Numbered from the stretch's first letter, positions 19,117-30,231 are shown. The stretch is DNA of 64,000 nt from an uncultured Clostridium sp. (GCA_947253885.1 CAMYAO010000002.1:25143-89142), one strand, 5' to 3'. The notes: generated by a model not told the origin, from the sequence alone. Numbers and translations: made by a program.

Positions 19117-19701
19117 TTATCGTATTGATACATCCAAATCCTCCCTATTTTTAAGTTTCTGATATAAAGCTGATGTAGGAAGTCCTACCACATTTTGATA
19201 GCTTCCACAAACAGATTTTACAAACAATGATCCCCTTCCCTGTATTCCGTAAGCTCCGGCCTTATCCATCGGTTCTCCGGTTTTTATATATGCATCTATT
19301 TCCGAATCCGAAATAGGATAAAATTCTACTTCTGTACTCTCATAGAAAGATTCCAGTATCTGACCGACTCCGGAAAGCAATACTACTCCGGTATATACCT
19401 GATGTACAGAACCGCTTAATAGTTGCAGCATCTCTTTCGCCTGCTTCTCATTCGCCGGTTTTGTCAAGATCTTCCCTTTATACACTACAATCGTGTCACT
19501 TCCAAGTATTACTACTGCTTCATTCTGATGATTTTTTTGTACTTCCTGTGCTTTATTCCGTGCCAGTTCCTGTACAATTTCTCCCGGCATATTGCTTGTA
19601 TAGATTTCTTCTCCTACTGCTGATTCCACAGTAAATGACACCCCGAGCGACTCCAATAGTTCCTTTCTTCTGGGGCTTTTACTTGCTAATATTAATCTCA
19701 T
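19117..19701 (-). CDS. maf: Maf-family nucleoside triphosphate pyrophosphatase (septum-formation protein Maf)
   Basis: MRLILASKSPRRKELL...Maf signature; ATGA overlap with the addA stop. Confidence 0.85.
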   Translation of the reverse strand: MRLILASKSPRRKELLESLGVSFTVESAVGEEIYTSNMPGEIVQELARNKAQEVQKNHQNEAVVILGSDTIVVYKGKILTKPANEKQAKEMLQLLSGSVHQVYTGVVLLSGVGQILESFYESTEVEFYPISDSEIDAYIKTGEPMDKAGAYGIQGRGSLFVKSVCGSYQNVVGLPTSALYQKLKNREDLDVSIR

Positions 19702-22700
19702 GCCATCTCCTCCATTGCTAAAGAAATCTTTTCATTTAAAGAAAGGGAATACAATATCGCCTCTTTAATCGGAATATCCGGAAAGCACCTTGATACCGCC
19801 TGACAATAGAGTTTCATTTGTATTTTATAACGGTTCTCTAATTCTTCTACTGTCTGTATATGATCCGTCTTATAATCTAAAATAGTAATACCTTCTTCAT
19901 CGAACCAGAATACATCGATAATTCCCTGTGTCAAAACCGTTTCATTCGGAGTTTCCTGCCAGATCTCCCTACTATCCAATGCCATTACAAACGGCTGTTC
20001 CCGGATCAGCTTTCCCTCCTTAGCCGCCTTTCTCATGGTTCGAGCAGTTTCTGATTCCAGAAACTCTGCCAGAATTTCCGGATGTAACCGCTGTCGGATT
20101 TCCTGATTTATTTTGCCTTTTTCAAACAAAGACTCTATGGATTGCTCTACAAATACTCTTATATCCGTATCCGGAATCTTCTGATAATCCAAGCATTCTA
20201 AAAATCTATGCATTGCTGTTCCGTACTGTGCAGCACTTTCCGGTGTCTGATCCGATATAAACCGAGGGGTATAGGATGCAAGTGATGTTTCCTGAGAAAA
20301 TACTGACTCTGCAGATGTCATTTCAGCCAATTCCTCTCTTTTTTTCTGATAAAAGTGTTTTATCTCTGAAACAGACAGCTTCTGCTTTCTGTCCGATAAG
20401 GGAAACGGATATTGAAAACTCAATATTTCATTTATTTTTCTATCATCTGTTAGAGGATCTGATAACATCTCATCTAAAACCACTCGTTTCTTTAATACAC
20501 TTTCCATCCTATTCACAGAATCTGAAATTAAATCTTCCTCAGAATAATCTAAAATAGAATATTGTTTCATACTTTTAAAAACCGGAACCAACCATGAGAG
20601 ATAGCTGACTGCATTCAGTTTTTGATAAAAATCCATTTTCTCCTCATATAAAGGCTCTATTTTATCTATCTTTCCACTGCCTACCAAAAACAATTTTTTC
20701 TTCGCTCTGGTCAATGCAACATACAATACACGAAGTTCTTCTCCCAAATTCTCTTTCCGGGTTTCAAGAGCAATAGCACGACGCATAATCGTATCCGACT
20801 CAAAATGTCTTTGACGATCTCGATATTTTAAGCCTACCCCGAACTCCGGATGACAGATCAATTTAGATTTCTGATCCGTTGTATTGAAATTTTTACCCAG
20901 TCCTGAAACAAACACTACAGAAAATTCCAATCCCTTTGATTTGTGAATTGTCATTAATCGTACCGCACTGTCCTGTTCACTTGTAGTTTCCGCCTCGGCA
21001 AAATCAATCTCATATTCCTGCAGCTGCTGTATATAACGATTAAAATTATATAATCCGTGATAAGAAGTAGCCTCATATGCCATCGCCTTTTCTAGCAGCA
21101 TATCAAGATTGGCCTTTCGTTGTTCTCCTCCCGGAAGTGCACTCATGTAATAATAGATACCTGTTTCTTTGTAAATAGTTTCTATCAGAAGATGAATCGG
21201 AGTGTAATTGACCAGTTTTCGATAAGAATCTAAAAATTCAAGAAACTTCCTTGTCTTCTCATCTCGCTGACCGTACTGCTCCACTGCTTCATAAAAGAAA
21301 GATCCCGGCTCTTCTGCTCTGATAACTGCCAACTCTTCTGAAGTGAACTTTCCAAAGTAGGATTTCATTACAGAAGTCAGTGCAAAATCCTGCTTACGAT
21401 TGTCAATCAGTTTTAAAAAATCTAAAATGAGCTGCACTTCATAAGCTGCAAAATATCCTGTTTTAGAAGTAACAACCAAGGGAATTCCAACCTCGTCAAA
21501 TACCTTCTGATAAACAGGTGCATCTGTCAGAGAACGCAATAGAATTACAATATCCGAATATCGAAGATCTCCTATCTCCTGTTTTTCTATCATAGTTTGA
21601 ACTCGACCGGCAATCATTCTTGCTTCAAATTCTGCTTTCGGGATACTGCTCTCCCTTTCGCTGTTTAAAAAATAAAGTTCCGGCTTATAGTCTCCTTCCG
21701 GATCTTTGGAATCTTCTGCTCCCCTTACCAGAAACGCTCTGTTGTCATAAGAAACATTTCCGAGATCCGCCTGCATAATCTTCTCAAATACCGTATTGGT
21801 AATATCCACAATTTCTTGCCTACTCCTGAAATTTCGATCCAGATTGATCCGTTCTCTCTGACTGCCGGTGCCTCCGAAGCTTTGATATTTTTCAATAAAT
21901 AATTCCGGTCTGGCAAGACGAAAACGATAGATGCTCTGTTTTACATCTCCCACCATAAAAATATTTTCCCGGCGCAGTTCTCCTTCTGCAGCAACTCTTG
22001 AAACAGCTCTGAGTAAAGTCTCCTGCACATCATTACTGTCCTGATATTCATCGATCATAATTTCCTGAAACTGTTCCTGATATTCCTGTGCCGCCTTTGT
22101 TGGACGAAGTGTTTCCTCTTCCACTAATATCTGTAATGCATAATGCTCCACATCAGAGAAGTCTACAATATTCTGTCGCTTCTTTGCCGCTTCAAATTCT
22201 TTGGAAAAATCTTTGGTAAGAGTTACCAGAACATGCATGATCTCGCGGCTTTCCGTTATCAACTCGATCTGTTCTTCCAGTGGGATGAAAAAAAACTGTT
22301 CTTTCCATTTTTTGATCTGATCCTTCAGCTGATTCCGAATCTCCTGCACCCTCTCCTTTTTTTCTACATCAATCTCCTTGGAACGACAGCTTCCCAATTT
22401 TACAGGATTATAAGATACAATATGTTCCGAAAGCTCCTCCAAAGTATCTGCGTGAGAAACATTTTCTAAAAAATCTCGGTCTGCAAGGATTGCCTCCTGA
22501 TAAGGATAAGGTCCCCCTTCACTTTTAATGATTGCACATGCCAGCTGATTTTTTTTCAAAAAAGCATCTATTGCACATCGAAAATAGGTTCCTAATGATT
22601 TTGCCCATTTTGTATTGCACATTTCTTTTATAGTTTTAATCTGATAATCACTTTCAATCGCATCCAGCCACTTCATCGGCCACGGTTTACTTTGGGAATA

Positions 22701-23237
22701 TTGATAAAGCTGCAAGATCATATCATAAATCGGCTGATCGGATCTGACATTTCCATAACTTTCCGCAAAAGCAAAAAAATGAGCATCTTCCGACTGATAC
22801 TGTTTTTCCATTATTTGCTTACAAATATCCTGCTTTAATAATTCCAGTTCTCCGGTATCCGCGATCCGAAAAGAGGGTTCCAGACCCTCTATCTGATAGA
22901 AATTATTTCTCAATACCTGCAGGCAAAAACTGTCAATGGTAGTAATCTGGGCATTGTGTATCAAAGTCGTCTGTAATTGAAGATGCAAATCCGCAGGATT
23001 TTCTTTTAATTGTGCCTCTATTGCCTTTAATACTCGTTCCCTCATTTCCGCCGCAGCTGCATTGGTAAATGTTACCACCAGTATTTCATCTATATTTCTT
23101 TTGTCCTGTATTACCTGTTGAATGATTCGTTCTACTAAAACAGCTGTCTTTCCGGAACCTGCTGCCGCCGAAACCAAAAGAGTATGATTTCTTGCATCTA
23201 TTACTTTTTGTTGTTGGTCCGACCAAGTAATGCTCAT
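19698..23237 (-). CDS. addA: ATP-dependent helicase/nuclease AddA (UvrD-like SF1 helicase with a C-terminal PD-(D/E)xK nuclease)
   Basis: Walker A AAAGSGKT, UvrD helicase motifs, C-terminal RecB-type nuclease (ILDYKTD); ATGA overlap with addB. Confidence 0.9.
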   Translation of the reverse strand: MSITWSDQQQKVIDARNHTLLVSAAAGSGKTAVLVERIIQQVIQDKRNIDEILVVTFTNAAAAEMRERVLKAIEAQLKENPADLHLQLQTTLIHNAQITTIDSFCLQVLRNNFYQIEGLEPSFRIADTGELELLKQDICKQIMEKQYQSEDAHFFAFAESYGNVRSDQPIYDMILQLYQYSQSKPWPMKWLDAIESDYQIKTIKEMCNTKWAKSLGTYFRCAIDAFLKKNQLACAIIKSEGGPYPYQEAILADRDFLENVSHADTLEELSEHIVSYNPVKLGSCRSKEIDVEKKERVQEIRNQLKDQIKKWKEQFFFIPLEEQIELITESREIMHVLVTLTKDFSKEFEAAKKRQNIVDFSDVEHYALQILVEEETLRPTKAAQEYQEQFQEIMIDEYQDSNDVQETLLRAVSRVAAEGELRRENIFMVGDVKQSIYRFRLARPELFIEKYQSFGGTGSQRERINLDRNFRSRQEIVDITNTVFEKIMQADLGNVSYDNRAFLVRGAEDSKDPEGDYKPELYFLNSERESSIPKAEFEARMIAGRVQTMIEKQEIGDLRYSDIVILLRSLTDAPVYQKVFDEVGIPLVVTSKTGYFAAYEVQLILDFLKLIDNRKQDFALTSVMKSYFGKFTSEELAVIRAEEPGSFFYEAVEQYGQRDEKTRKFLEFLDSYRKLVNYTPIHLLIETIYKETGIYYYMSALPGGEQRKANLDMLLEKAMAYEATSYHGLYNFNRYIQQLQEYEIDFAEAETTSEQDSAVRLMTIHKSKGLEFSVVFVSGLGKNFNTTDQKSKLICHPEFGVGLKYRDRQRHFESDTIMRRAIALETRKENLGEELRVLYVALTRAKKKLFLVGSGKIDKIEPLYEEKMDFYQKLNAVSYLSWLVPVFKSMKQYSILDYSEEDLISDSVNRMESVLKKRVVLDEMLSDPLTDDRKINEILSFQYPFPLSDRKQKLSVSEIKHFYQKKREELAEMTSAESVFSQETSLASYTPRFISDQTPESAAQYGTAMHRFLECLDYQKIPDTDIRVFVEQSIESLFEKGKINQEIRQRLHPEILAEFLESETARTMRKAAKEGKLIREQPFVMALDSREIWQETPNETVLTQGIIDVFWFDEEGITILDYKTDHIQTVEELENRYKIQMKLYCQAVSRCFPDIPIKEAILYSLSLNEKISLAMEEMA

Positions 23238-26200
23238 TCATTTTCCTCCTTCAGTTTTTTCATGATCTCTTCTCCCTTCCACTCGGCTAACTCATGATAT
23301 TCAAATCCCGGTGTTTTCCGGTCCAAACCACAAATAGTACGATAGCCGCAATAATCGCAGGCAGTTTTTTGTTTATATGCATACGGATAAACATCAATTC
23401 TTCCATCCATAATCTCTGACCCGATCTGCTGTAGTAATCTTTTGGCATGTGATTCCAGCAACAAGAACTGTTCCGGGGCATATAAATGTGACGAGCTGCG
23501 AAGTGACCCGTCCTTTTTCATGCTGACCGGAATAACATCAGAGCTGTTCATCGGCTGGAGTTCTCTATCCATTGCCTGTATTACCTCAGAGGAATGGTTG
23601 ATGATTCCGTTCAGACGATATTGTGCAAATATCTGCTCTGCAATGTCCCCGGGAGCATATTTCTTGTTTAACAGAGGATTTTGTATTTGAAAATAAAACA
23701 CTCCTCCCGGATAAACAGAGCGATTCGGATATTGCTTTCGGTAAGACTTTATTCCGGCAGAAAGGTAGGAGATCAGCTGCAGCTGCAAACCGTAATAGAA
23801 TTGATTCAGATCAAACTCCTTATTTCCGGATTTATAGTCCACGATTCTTATATAGTGTATCCCGTCCTTTTCCCATTCGTCCATTCGATCCATAATTCCA
23901 AACAGATTCATATAATGTCCATCTGTATCTACTGTTTGAGAAAAAGATTTTTCATAACCGATCGGCAAAAACTCTCCCCGTTGAATCTGTCCGGTCAGAG
24001 ACTTCATACTGTTCTCCATCATATTATGAATCGCATTCAGCAGACTTTTCCTTCTCGCACTTTCCTCTATGCAGCCGGATTCATCCTCTTCTATCACTTC
24101 ATTGATCGCCTCATTCATATAACGGATTTGTTCCTCTTCGCTTAAGGATTTCCAGGAAGAAAAGATTTCCACCTTGGTACAGTAACGATAAATCATATCA
24201 TGATAGATTGAACCGAGATCTGCTGCATTAACGGAAGATACACGCCTCTCTTCAAGATGTAAACCGTATTGTAAAAAGTATGCCTGAGGACACTCTGCAA
24301 ATTTTTCCAGTCTGCTTACAGAATAGGTGTCCGAAACTCCGTATAACTCTTTTGCCACTTGTTTCGATAATTGATCCGGAACCTTGACCGTAAATGCACT
24401 CTGATACAGTTCCCTTATCGTCTCTCTGTATTCCTCTTGACTCTGATACCAGTGATGAAGCTTTATCCAATCCGATACAACCTCTCCACTCATTGCAAAG
24501 TTCAATCCCCTTACATACGTATCCAGACTTCCCTTCGGGCTGGAAATACTTCCCATTTCCGAGTCCGAATAATGTTCTATTTCCAGCTTCGGAAATAAAT
24601 TTTGAATCGTTTTTATTAAATAAGACGGACGCATGACAGTACCCGTTCCATCCAATCTCGCATATGACAAATGTAGCTTTCTGCTCGGTTTTGTAAGCAA
24701 TAAATACAAGTAAAACTTCTGTATAAACATCTGTTCCTTTTGCGTAGGTGCTAAAGAAATTCTGTCCCTTAGTGCTTCTCTGTCAAACTGTGAGAGAATT
24801 CCGCCTCTATCATTTTTCTTCGGAATATTGGTATCATTCACACCCAGGAAAAATAAAACCTTTATATCATCTAGACGTGTTCGCTCTATATCTCCTAAAA
24901 TCACACAATCATTTCCAGGCGGCACTACACCGACTCTGGCCGCTTCAAATCCGGAGCGCAGAATATCCTTATATTCCTCTATTCCGACTACTTCTTCTGA
25001 TAAAAGTTCCACGTATTTATCCAACAGGTCTATAATGATCCGACATACCTGTGAAAAAGAATCCGCTGTAATCAAATCTCCGCTCAACTCAATATCCTGT
25101 GCCTGTTTTTCTAATGACTCCGCCACACACAACTCAGTCAGTAACTGATACAATACAACTGTAATTTCCCTTACCGTTGCCGAATCCTTTTGACACACCT
25201 GATAAACGGGGCGTAATCGCTCTATGATCCTGCTCCGACTACTATTTAATCGTTCTAATCTGTCGGATGCCGCTTCTTCTGTCTCCTTTCGGCTCTTCCT
25301 CGGATAAAAGGGAATGGTAAACTTTTGATTCCACTTTTTATAACCTCGGATTCCTCTTGCCATAATATAGTTTTCCAGCTCATCCACTTCAGAAACAGTC
25401 AACGAAGTCAGTCCAGTCTTTAAAAACCGGCACATACTTTCCATAGAAAAATCGTTCTGAACTATTTCCAGCGTTGACAAAATCAGTTCTGTCATTGGAT
25501 GAAATAAGATCGTCTCTTTTTTATCGGAAAAGAACGGAATTTCAAAATCTTCCAATACATCCCGGGCATATAAAGTATAGACATTCGAATTTCCTGTAAT
25601 AATCGCAAAATCCCTGTAATGAAACGATTCTGTTCTGCAGTATTCACGAATCTTTGATGCCGCATACCGCAACTCCGCTTTTGGATTCATTAATGCACTA
25701 ATCTGTATTTCCTGATCTGTTTTTCCGGAAAAAGGAACAGACGGAATTCGAAACAGATTTTGCTCCAAATGAAATAAAACCGGATTCTTTTGGAAGCGTC
25801 CTGTTTTTACAGGAGGAAAGCAGACAGGATCTGAAAAATGCAAAGGATCCAGTTCCCTAAGCTGATCCATCCAGGTACGACTCATATAAAACAGATTGTC
25901 TTTCCTTACAACTCCTTCCAACTTTTGATGACTGTCCATCGTAACGGTAATCCATAAATCCTTACACACAGGCAAAAGAGCTCCGATCAATTGCATTTGT
26001 ACGGGAGTAAATCCGGTAAATCCGTCAAAAGCAAGAACCGAATCATGTAAGCGATCCGACTGATCTACATATTCTCCCAGCAGATCCAACAGTTTTTCCG
26101 CCGTTACAATCGAGTCGGACAAATACTGTGAAAATGCCCAGTATATTTTGTGAATATCGGATAATTTATGATACAGCAGTTTATCCTGATCCAGTGTCTC

Positions 26201-26620
26201 TAATAATGCCTCTATCATGTCCGGAGTTACCTTATATTGCATAAATTCGGATAAAACAGATTTTACTTCCTCTATATAGCCGCTTTTTTTCATATTGGAC
26301 TTTAAGAATCCTAACTCCTGATCTTTTGCCAGCTTTCTTAATATCAGACTTTTCCCTGTTTCTTCCAACACTGTCGGAGCCAGTCCCAACTCGTCAAAAA
26401 TACGAAAAGCCAGACGTTCAAAACTCACAACATCAATATTTAAAATGACATGATTGCTTGTACGACTGACCAGGCTTTTCTGTGTCTGTAAGGTAAACTG
26501 CTCCGGTACCACCAGAAAATACTGGCGAAACGGATACAAAGCTGCCTCTTCAATTATTTTTTTATAAAGGTATTCCGATTTTCCACTTCCGGAATTCCCG
26601 TAAATACATGTAAGCCCCAT
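23234..26620 (-). CDS. addB: Helicase-nuclease subunit AddB (RexB) with a C-terminal Fe-S nuclease domain
   Basis: N-terminal GNSGSGKS P-loop; C-terminal Cys cluster (CDYCGYRTICG) typical of the AddB iron-staple nuclease; 1128 aa. Confidence 0.9.
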   Translation of the reverse strand: MGLTCIYGNSGSGKSEYLYKKIIEEAALYPFRQYFLVVPEQFTLQTQKSLVSRTSNHVILNIDVVSFERLAFRIFDELGLAPTVLEETGKSLILRKLAKDQELGFLKSNMKKSGYIEEVKSVLSEFMQYKVTPDMIEALLETLDQDKLLYHKLSDIHKIYWAFSQYLSDSIVTAEKLLDLLGEYVDQSDRLHDSVLAFDGFTGFTPVQMQLIGALLPVCKDLWITVTMDSHQKLEGVVRKDNLFYMSRTWMDQLRELDPLHFSDPVCFPPVKTGRFQKNPVLFHLEQNLFRIPSVPFSGKTDQEIQISALMNPKAELRYAASKIREYCRTESFHYRDFAIITGNSNVYTLYARDVLEDFEIPFFSDKKETILFHPMTELILSTLEIVQNDFSMESMCRFLKTGLTSLTVSEVDELENYIMARGIRGYKKWNQKFTIPFYPRKSRKETEEAASDRLERLNSSRSRIIERLRPVYQVCQKDSATVREITVVLYQLLTELCVAESLEKQAQDIELSGDLITADSFSQVCRIIIDLLDKYVELLSEEVVGIEEYKDILRSGFEAARVGVVPPGNDCVILGDIERTRLDDIKVLFFLGVNDTNIPKKNDRGGILSQFDREALRDRISLAPTQKEQMFIQKFYLYLLLTKPSRKLHLSYARLDGTGTVMRPSYLIKTIQNLFPKLEIEHYSDSEMGSISSPKGSLDTYVRGLNFAMSGEVVSDWIKLHHWYQSQEEYRETIRELYQSAFTVKVPDQLSKQVAKELYGVSDTYSVSRLEKFAECPQAYFLQYGLHLEERRVSSVNAADLGSIYHDMIYRYCTKVEIFSSWKSLSEEEQIRYMNEAINEVIEEDESGCIEESARRKSLLNAIHNMMENSMKSLTGQIQRGEFLPIGYEKSFSQTVDTDGHYMNLFGIMDRMDEWEKDGIHYIRIVDYKSGNKEFDLNQFYYGLQLQLISYLSAGIKSYRKQYPNRSVYPGGVFYFQIQNPLLNKKYAPGDIAEQIFAQYRLNGIINHSSEVIQAMDRELQPMNSSDVIPVSMKKDGSLRSSSHLYAPEQFLLLESHAKRLLQQIGSEIMDGRIDVYPYAYKQKTACDYCGYRTICGLDRKTPGFEYHELAEWKGEEIMKKLKEENE

Positions 26621-26628
26621 AGACTGTT

Positions 26629-27279
26629 TTAACTCCTCTTTTTTTCAAACAGCAGAATCACAGCTACTGCTAAACCGATGCTCGGAACAATTGTTGCTCT
26701 TACCCCGATAGCATGACCGGAAGCACCTCCTATAATTGCTCCAATAATAAAGAACAGGATAACCAGTAAATAATGAAGCATTTTTTTAATAGATTCCTTA
26801 TCGCGACAATCAATCCAGTGAAAAAAATGTTCCGATGCACTTCTCAGATTACCGGTGCACATAGTAGAGGCAAACGGATTTCCCTCAATTTTTCGGAAGC
26901 TTTCCACTTGAAGTGCACAGATACTGGATATCATTATGTTTGCCAGCCGGTTATAATCCGTTGACAAAAATGCCACAATACTCAGCAATGCCAACTCTAT
27001 CAATAAAATATATTGTCTCCACTGAAACAGTCCTTCTCTCAATCCAATCTGCCTCTTGATCAGGAGTGCCATTGTAATTCCCAGAAAAAAACATATAATC
27101 GGCAATAAATAGTTTATAATCTCACTATAATTGCCTCGCATAACAGAAATCCCAAGCATAACAATGTTTCCCGTCTGAGCATTGGCAAATACTCCGCCTC
27201 GTTGCGTATAGGAATATGCATCTAAAAAACCGCCGATCGTTGCCAGAAGCAGACCAATCCCAATTTTTTCTTCTTTCAT
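26629..27279 (-). CDS. DUF1275/YoaK-family membrane protein
   Basis: Six hydrophobic helices; LLATIGGFLDAYSY...GNIVMLG...pattern typical of YoaK. Confidence 0.6.
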   Translation of the reverse strand: MKEEKIGIGLLLATIGGFLDAYSYTQRGGVFANAQTGNIVMLGISVMRGNYSEIINYLLPIICFFLGITMALLIKRQIGLREGLFQWRQYILLIELALLSIVAFLSTDYNRLANIMISSICALQVESFRKIEGNPFASTMCTGNLRSASEHFFHWIDCRDKESIKKMLHYLLVILFFIIGAIIGGASGHAIGVRATIVPSIGLAVAVILLFEKKRS

Positions 27280-27390
27280 TTAGTTCCTCTGTATTATAAG
27301 TTATAAAAAGGTGCCATATCTATGAACTGCACTCCCAAAAGCTGTCATCTACCCAGCTTTTGAGATGCACTTCAGATGACACCCCCTCTT

Positions 27391-28467
27391 TTATTCCTGT
27401 TCATTTACCTTTGCCAGTTTTGCAGCCTGATCCGCTGCAATCAAACTGTCGATAATTTCCTGTATATCACCGTTCATAATAGAATCCAAACGATATAAAG
27501 TCAGCTTGATTCTATGATCTGTCACACGTCCCTGAGGAAAATTGTAGGTACGAATTTTTTCGGAACGATCCCCTGTCCCGACCTGACTTCTTCGGGCTTC
27601 CGATTCTGCATCATGTGCTTTTTGCAATTCCAGATCATACAGCTTTGCTCTTAACACTTTTAATGCTTTATCCTTATTTTTTAACTGTGACTTTTCATCC
27701 TGACAGGAAATAACGATTCCGGTCGGAATATGGGTCAGACGAACTGCAGAATCAGTTGTATTGACACACTGTCCGCCATTTCCGGACGCTCGGAATACGT
27801 CAAACTTACAGTCATTCATATTCAATTCCACATCCACATCTTCTGCTTCCGGCATAATTGCCACAGTAATAGTGGATGTATGAATACGCCCTCCGGATTC
27901 CGTTTCCGGAACACGCTGTACCCGGTGCACTCCTGATTCATATTTCAATTTGGAATACGCCCCCTGCCCGCTTACCATAAAGCTAATGTACTTCATACCT
28001 CCGATGCCGATTTCTTCCACATCCATAGTTTCCACCTTCCAACGCTGTCCTTCTGCATAGTGTACATACATACGGTAAACTTCTGCTGCGAATAAAGCAG
28101 CTTCATCACCTCCCGCTCCTGCACGGATCTCAACAATAACATTCTTGTCATCATTCGGATCCTTCGGTAACAGTAAAATTTTTAATTTATCTTCTAATTC
28201 TGAAATCTGACTCTTTGCATCCGACAACTCTTCTTTCAGCATCTCACGCATTTCCTCGTCTTTTTCTTCTTCCAGCATGGTCAAAGAATCTTCTACCGTC
28301 TCCTGCGCCGCTTTATATGCTTTATAAGCTTCTACAATCGGAGTCAGCTCACTCTGCTCTTTCATAAGTGCCTGAAAACGCTTTGGATCTGCTGCTACAT
28401 CCGGCTCACTCAGCAATAATAAAATTTCTTCCAAACGATGTGCTGTTGCCTCTAATTTATCAAACAT
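27391..28467 (-). CDS. prfA: Peptide chain release factor 1
   Basis: GGQ motif ([23 protein letters not shown]) and a PxT-type recognition region; adjacent to prmC. Confidence 0.9.
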   Translation of the reverse strand: MFDKLEATAHRLEEILLLLSEPDVAADPKRFQALMKEQSELTPIVEAYKAYKAAQETVEDSLTMLEEEKDEEMREMLKEELSDAKSQISELEDKLKILLLPKDPNDDKNVIVEIRAGAGGDEAALFAAEVYRMYVHYAEGQRWKVETMDVEEIGIGGMKYISFMVSGQGAYSKLKYESGVHRVQRVPETESGGRIHTSTITVAIMPEAEDVDVELNMNDCKFDVFRASGNGGQCVNTTDSAVRLTHIPTGIVISCQDEKSQLKNKDKALKVLRAKLYDLELQKAHDAESEARRSQVGTGDRSEKIRTYNFPQGRVTDHRIKLTLYRLDSIMNGDIQEIIDSLIAADQAAKLAKVNEQE

Positions 28468-29293
28468 TGCTCTTCTTTCCTTTCACCACACGATCTAAAC
28501 CGGCAAGATCCTGTATTACTTCCACTTCAATGTATCCTGCCTTTCGCATACAGTCGGAAACCTCTTTTCCCTGATCAAATCCTATTTCAAATATCAGAAA
28601 TCCATTATTTTTTAAATATCGGTATCCCAATGTTGCGATCTTTTTATAAAAATATAATCCGTCCTCTCTGCCGTCCAATGCCAAAATCGGTTCATGATCT
28701 TTTACTTCCGGCATTAAAAATGGAATTTCCTCACTTCGAATATAAGGCGGATTACTAACTATCATATCATAACTGCCCTCTATATTTGCAAACAAATCAC
28801 TCTCAATTAGATTTATTTTTGTCTGATTTCTCTCACAGTTTTTTTTTGCAACTGAAAGAGCATTTCCGGACAGATCTGCTGCCGTTACTTCGACGTTTGT
28901 ATAATGTGCCAGACTGACGGCAACAGCTCCCGAACCTGTGCACATATCCAAAACACTCATAGGTTTTGTAATATACCTCATAGCAGTCTCCACCAAAGTC
29001 TCCGTATCCGGTCTCGGTATCAATACATTCGAATTCACATAAAACGGCAATCCCATAAATTCCGTTTCTCCCAAAAGATATTGCAACGGAATCCTCTTCT
29101 CTCTCTGAGAAACAAGATCGGACAATTTCCGAATATTCTCTTCCGAAATTTCTTCTGTTTGATGTAATAAATAATAATTGCGATCTATCTGTAGTACCGA
29201 TTCCATTATCATCCAGATTTCTGTCTCGGCTTCCTCTATTCCGGCATTCTTAAGCTTTAAAGAAAAATATTGTCTTGCCTCTCTATATATCAT
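28460..29293 (-). CDS. prmC: Release-factor glutamine N5-methyltransferase PrmC (HemK)
   Basis: SAM-binding VLDMCTGSG and NPPY motif; overlaps prfA by 8 nt. Confidence 0.85.
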   Translation of the reverse strand: MIYREARQYFSLKLKNAGIEEAETEIWMIMESVLQIDRNYYLLHQTEEISEENIRKLSDLVSQREKRIPLQYLLGETEFMGLPFYVNSNVLIPRPDTETLVETAMRYITKPMSVLDMCTGSGAVAVSLAHYTNVEVTAADLSGNALSVAKKNCERNQTKINLIESDLFANIEGSYDMIVSNPPYIRSEEIPFLMPEVKDHEPILALDGREDGLYFYKKIATLGYRYLKNNGFLIFEIGFDQGKEVSDCMRKAGYIEVEVIQDLAGLDRVVKGKKSNV

Positions 29294-30221
29294 TGATTGC
29301 TTCCTGTCTAATTTGCTCTACATACTGCTTCCAGTCAAATACTGCTGTTACAGATCGGATTCCGACTTCAATCATGGCATCATCCGGCTCACTGGTCGTC
29401 AAGCGCTGCAACCATAATCCGGGTTTGCTTAACACATGAATAAGACGACTGTCACTGCTCCCTGCCAGTCTCAGAATTTCATATGAAATTCCTGCAATGA
29501 GCGGTACCAAAATCAATCGAAGCACTACCCGCAAAACGGGAGAATCAGTTCGAATAAACATAAATAGTATAACAGAAACGATCACAACAAACATAAGAAA
29601 GCTCGTTCCACACCTCTTGTGTTCCTTGGAACTCTTACGTACATTTTCCACTGTCAGATCCAATCCGCTTTCAATACAGGATATACATTTATGTTCTGCT
29701 CCATGATACATAAAAGTTCTCTTTATGTCCTTCATACGAGAAATCAGTGCAATATACAAAATAAATAATGCAATTCTGATAATTCCTTCTAAAACGGCTG
29801 CCAAAGTGTCTCCTCCTCCGATCTGTTTAATTCCCTGCGATAAATAATACGGTAGCAACACAAAGATCAAAACAGCAATACAAAAAGACACAATGCCGGT
29901 CAAACCGAATAGAACTTTATCTTTCTGTTTTATTTCAGCTCCGGATATCTGTGATTCGTCGGAGTCTTCTTCTAAAAGACTTGCAGACAAAAACAGTGTA
30001 CTCATTCCCAATACAAGTGAATCTATAAAGCCCAATACCCCTCTGATAATCGGTATTTTAGGCAGAACGGTTCCACTTCCGATTCCATTATAGGTTTTTG
30101 TAATTACCCGAATCGTTTGATCCGGTTTTCGAACTGCAACTGCATAGCGTTCCTTATTTTTCATCATAACGCCTTCCAGCAATGCCTGTCCGCCAATACC
30201 AGAATATCTCATATCTTTCAC
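29283..30221 (-). CDS. DUF1385 (YqhQ-like) membrane-associated protein
   Basis: MKDMRYSGIGGQALLEGVMMKNK...conserved DUF1385 N-terminus, followed by TM helices. This family commonly accompanies prfA/prmC in Firmicutes. Confidence 0.65.
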   Translation of the reverse strand: MKDMRYSGIGGQALLEGVMMKNKERYAVAVRKPDQTIRVITKTYNGIGSGTVLPKIPIIRGVLGFIDSLVLGMSTLFLSASLLEEDSDESQISGAEIKQKDKVLFGLTGIVSFCIAVLIFVLLPYYLSQGIKQIGGGDTLAAVLEGIIRIALFILYIALISRMKDIKRTFMYHGAEHKCISCIESGLDLTVENVRKSSKEHKRCGTSFLMFVVIVSVILFMFIRTDSPVLRVVLRLILVPLIAGISYEILRLAGSSDSRLIHVLSKPGLWLQRLTTSEPDDAMIEVGIRSVTAVFDWKQYVEQIRQEAINDI

Positions 30222-30231
30222 CCGTCAAAAG

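Noticed and set aside
19698-26620. AddAB as a possible 'novel defence' nuclease-helicase system
   Set aside because: These are the canonical Firmicutes RecBCD-analogue recombination and repair enzymes (UvrD-type helicase plus RecB nuclease; AddB Fe-S nuclease), not an accessory defence island.
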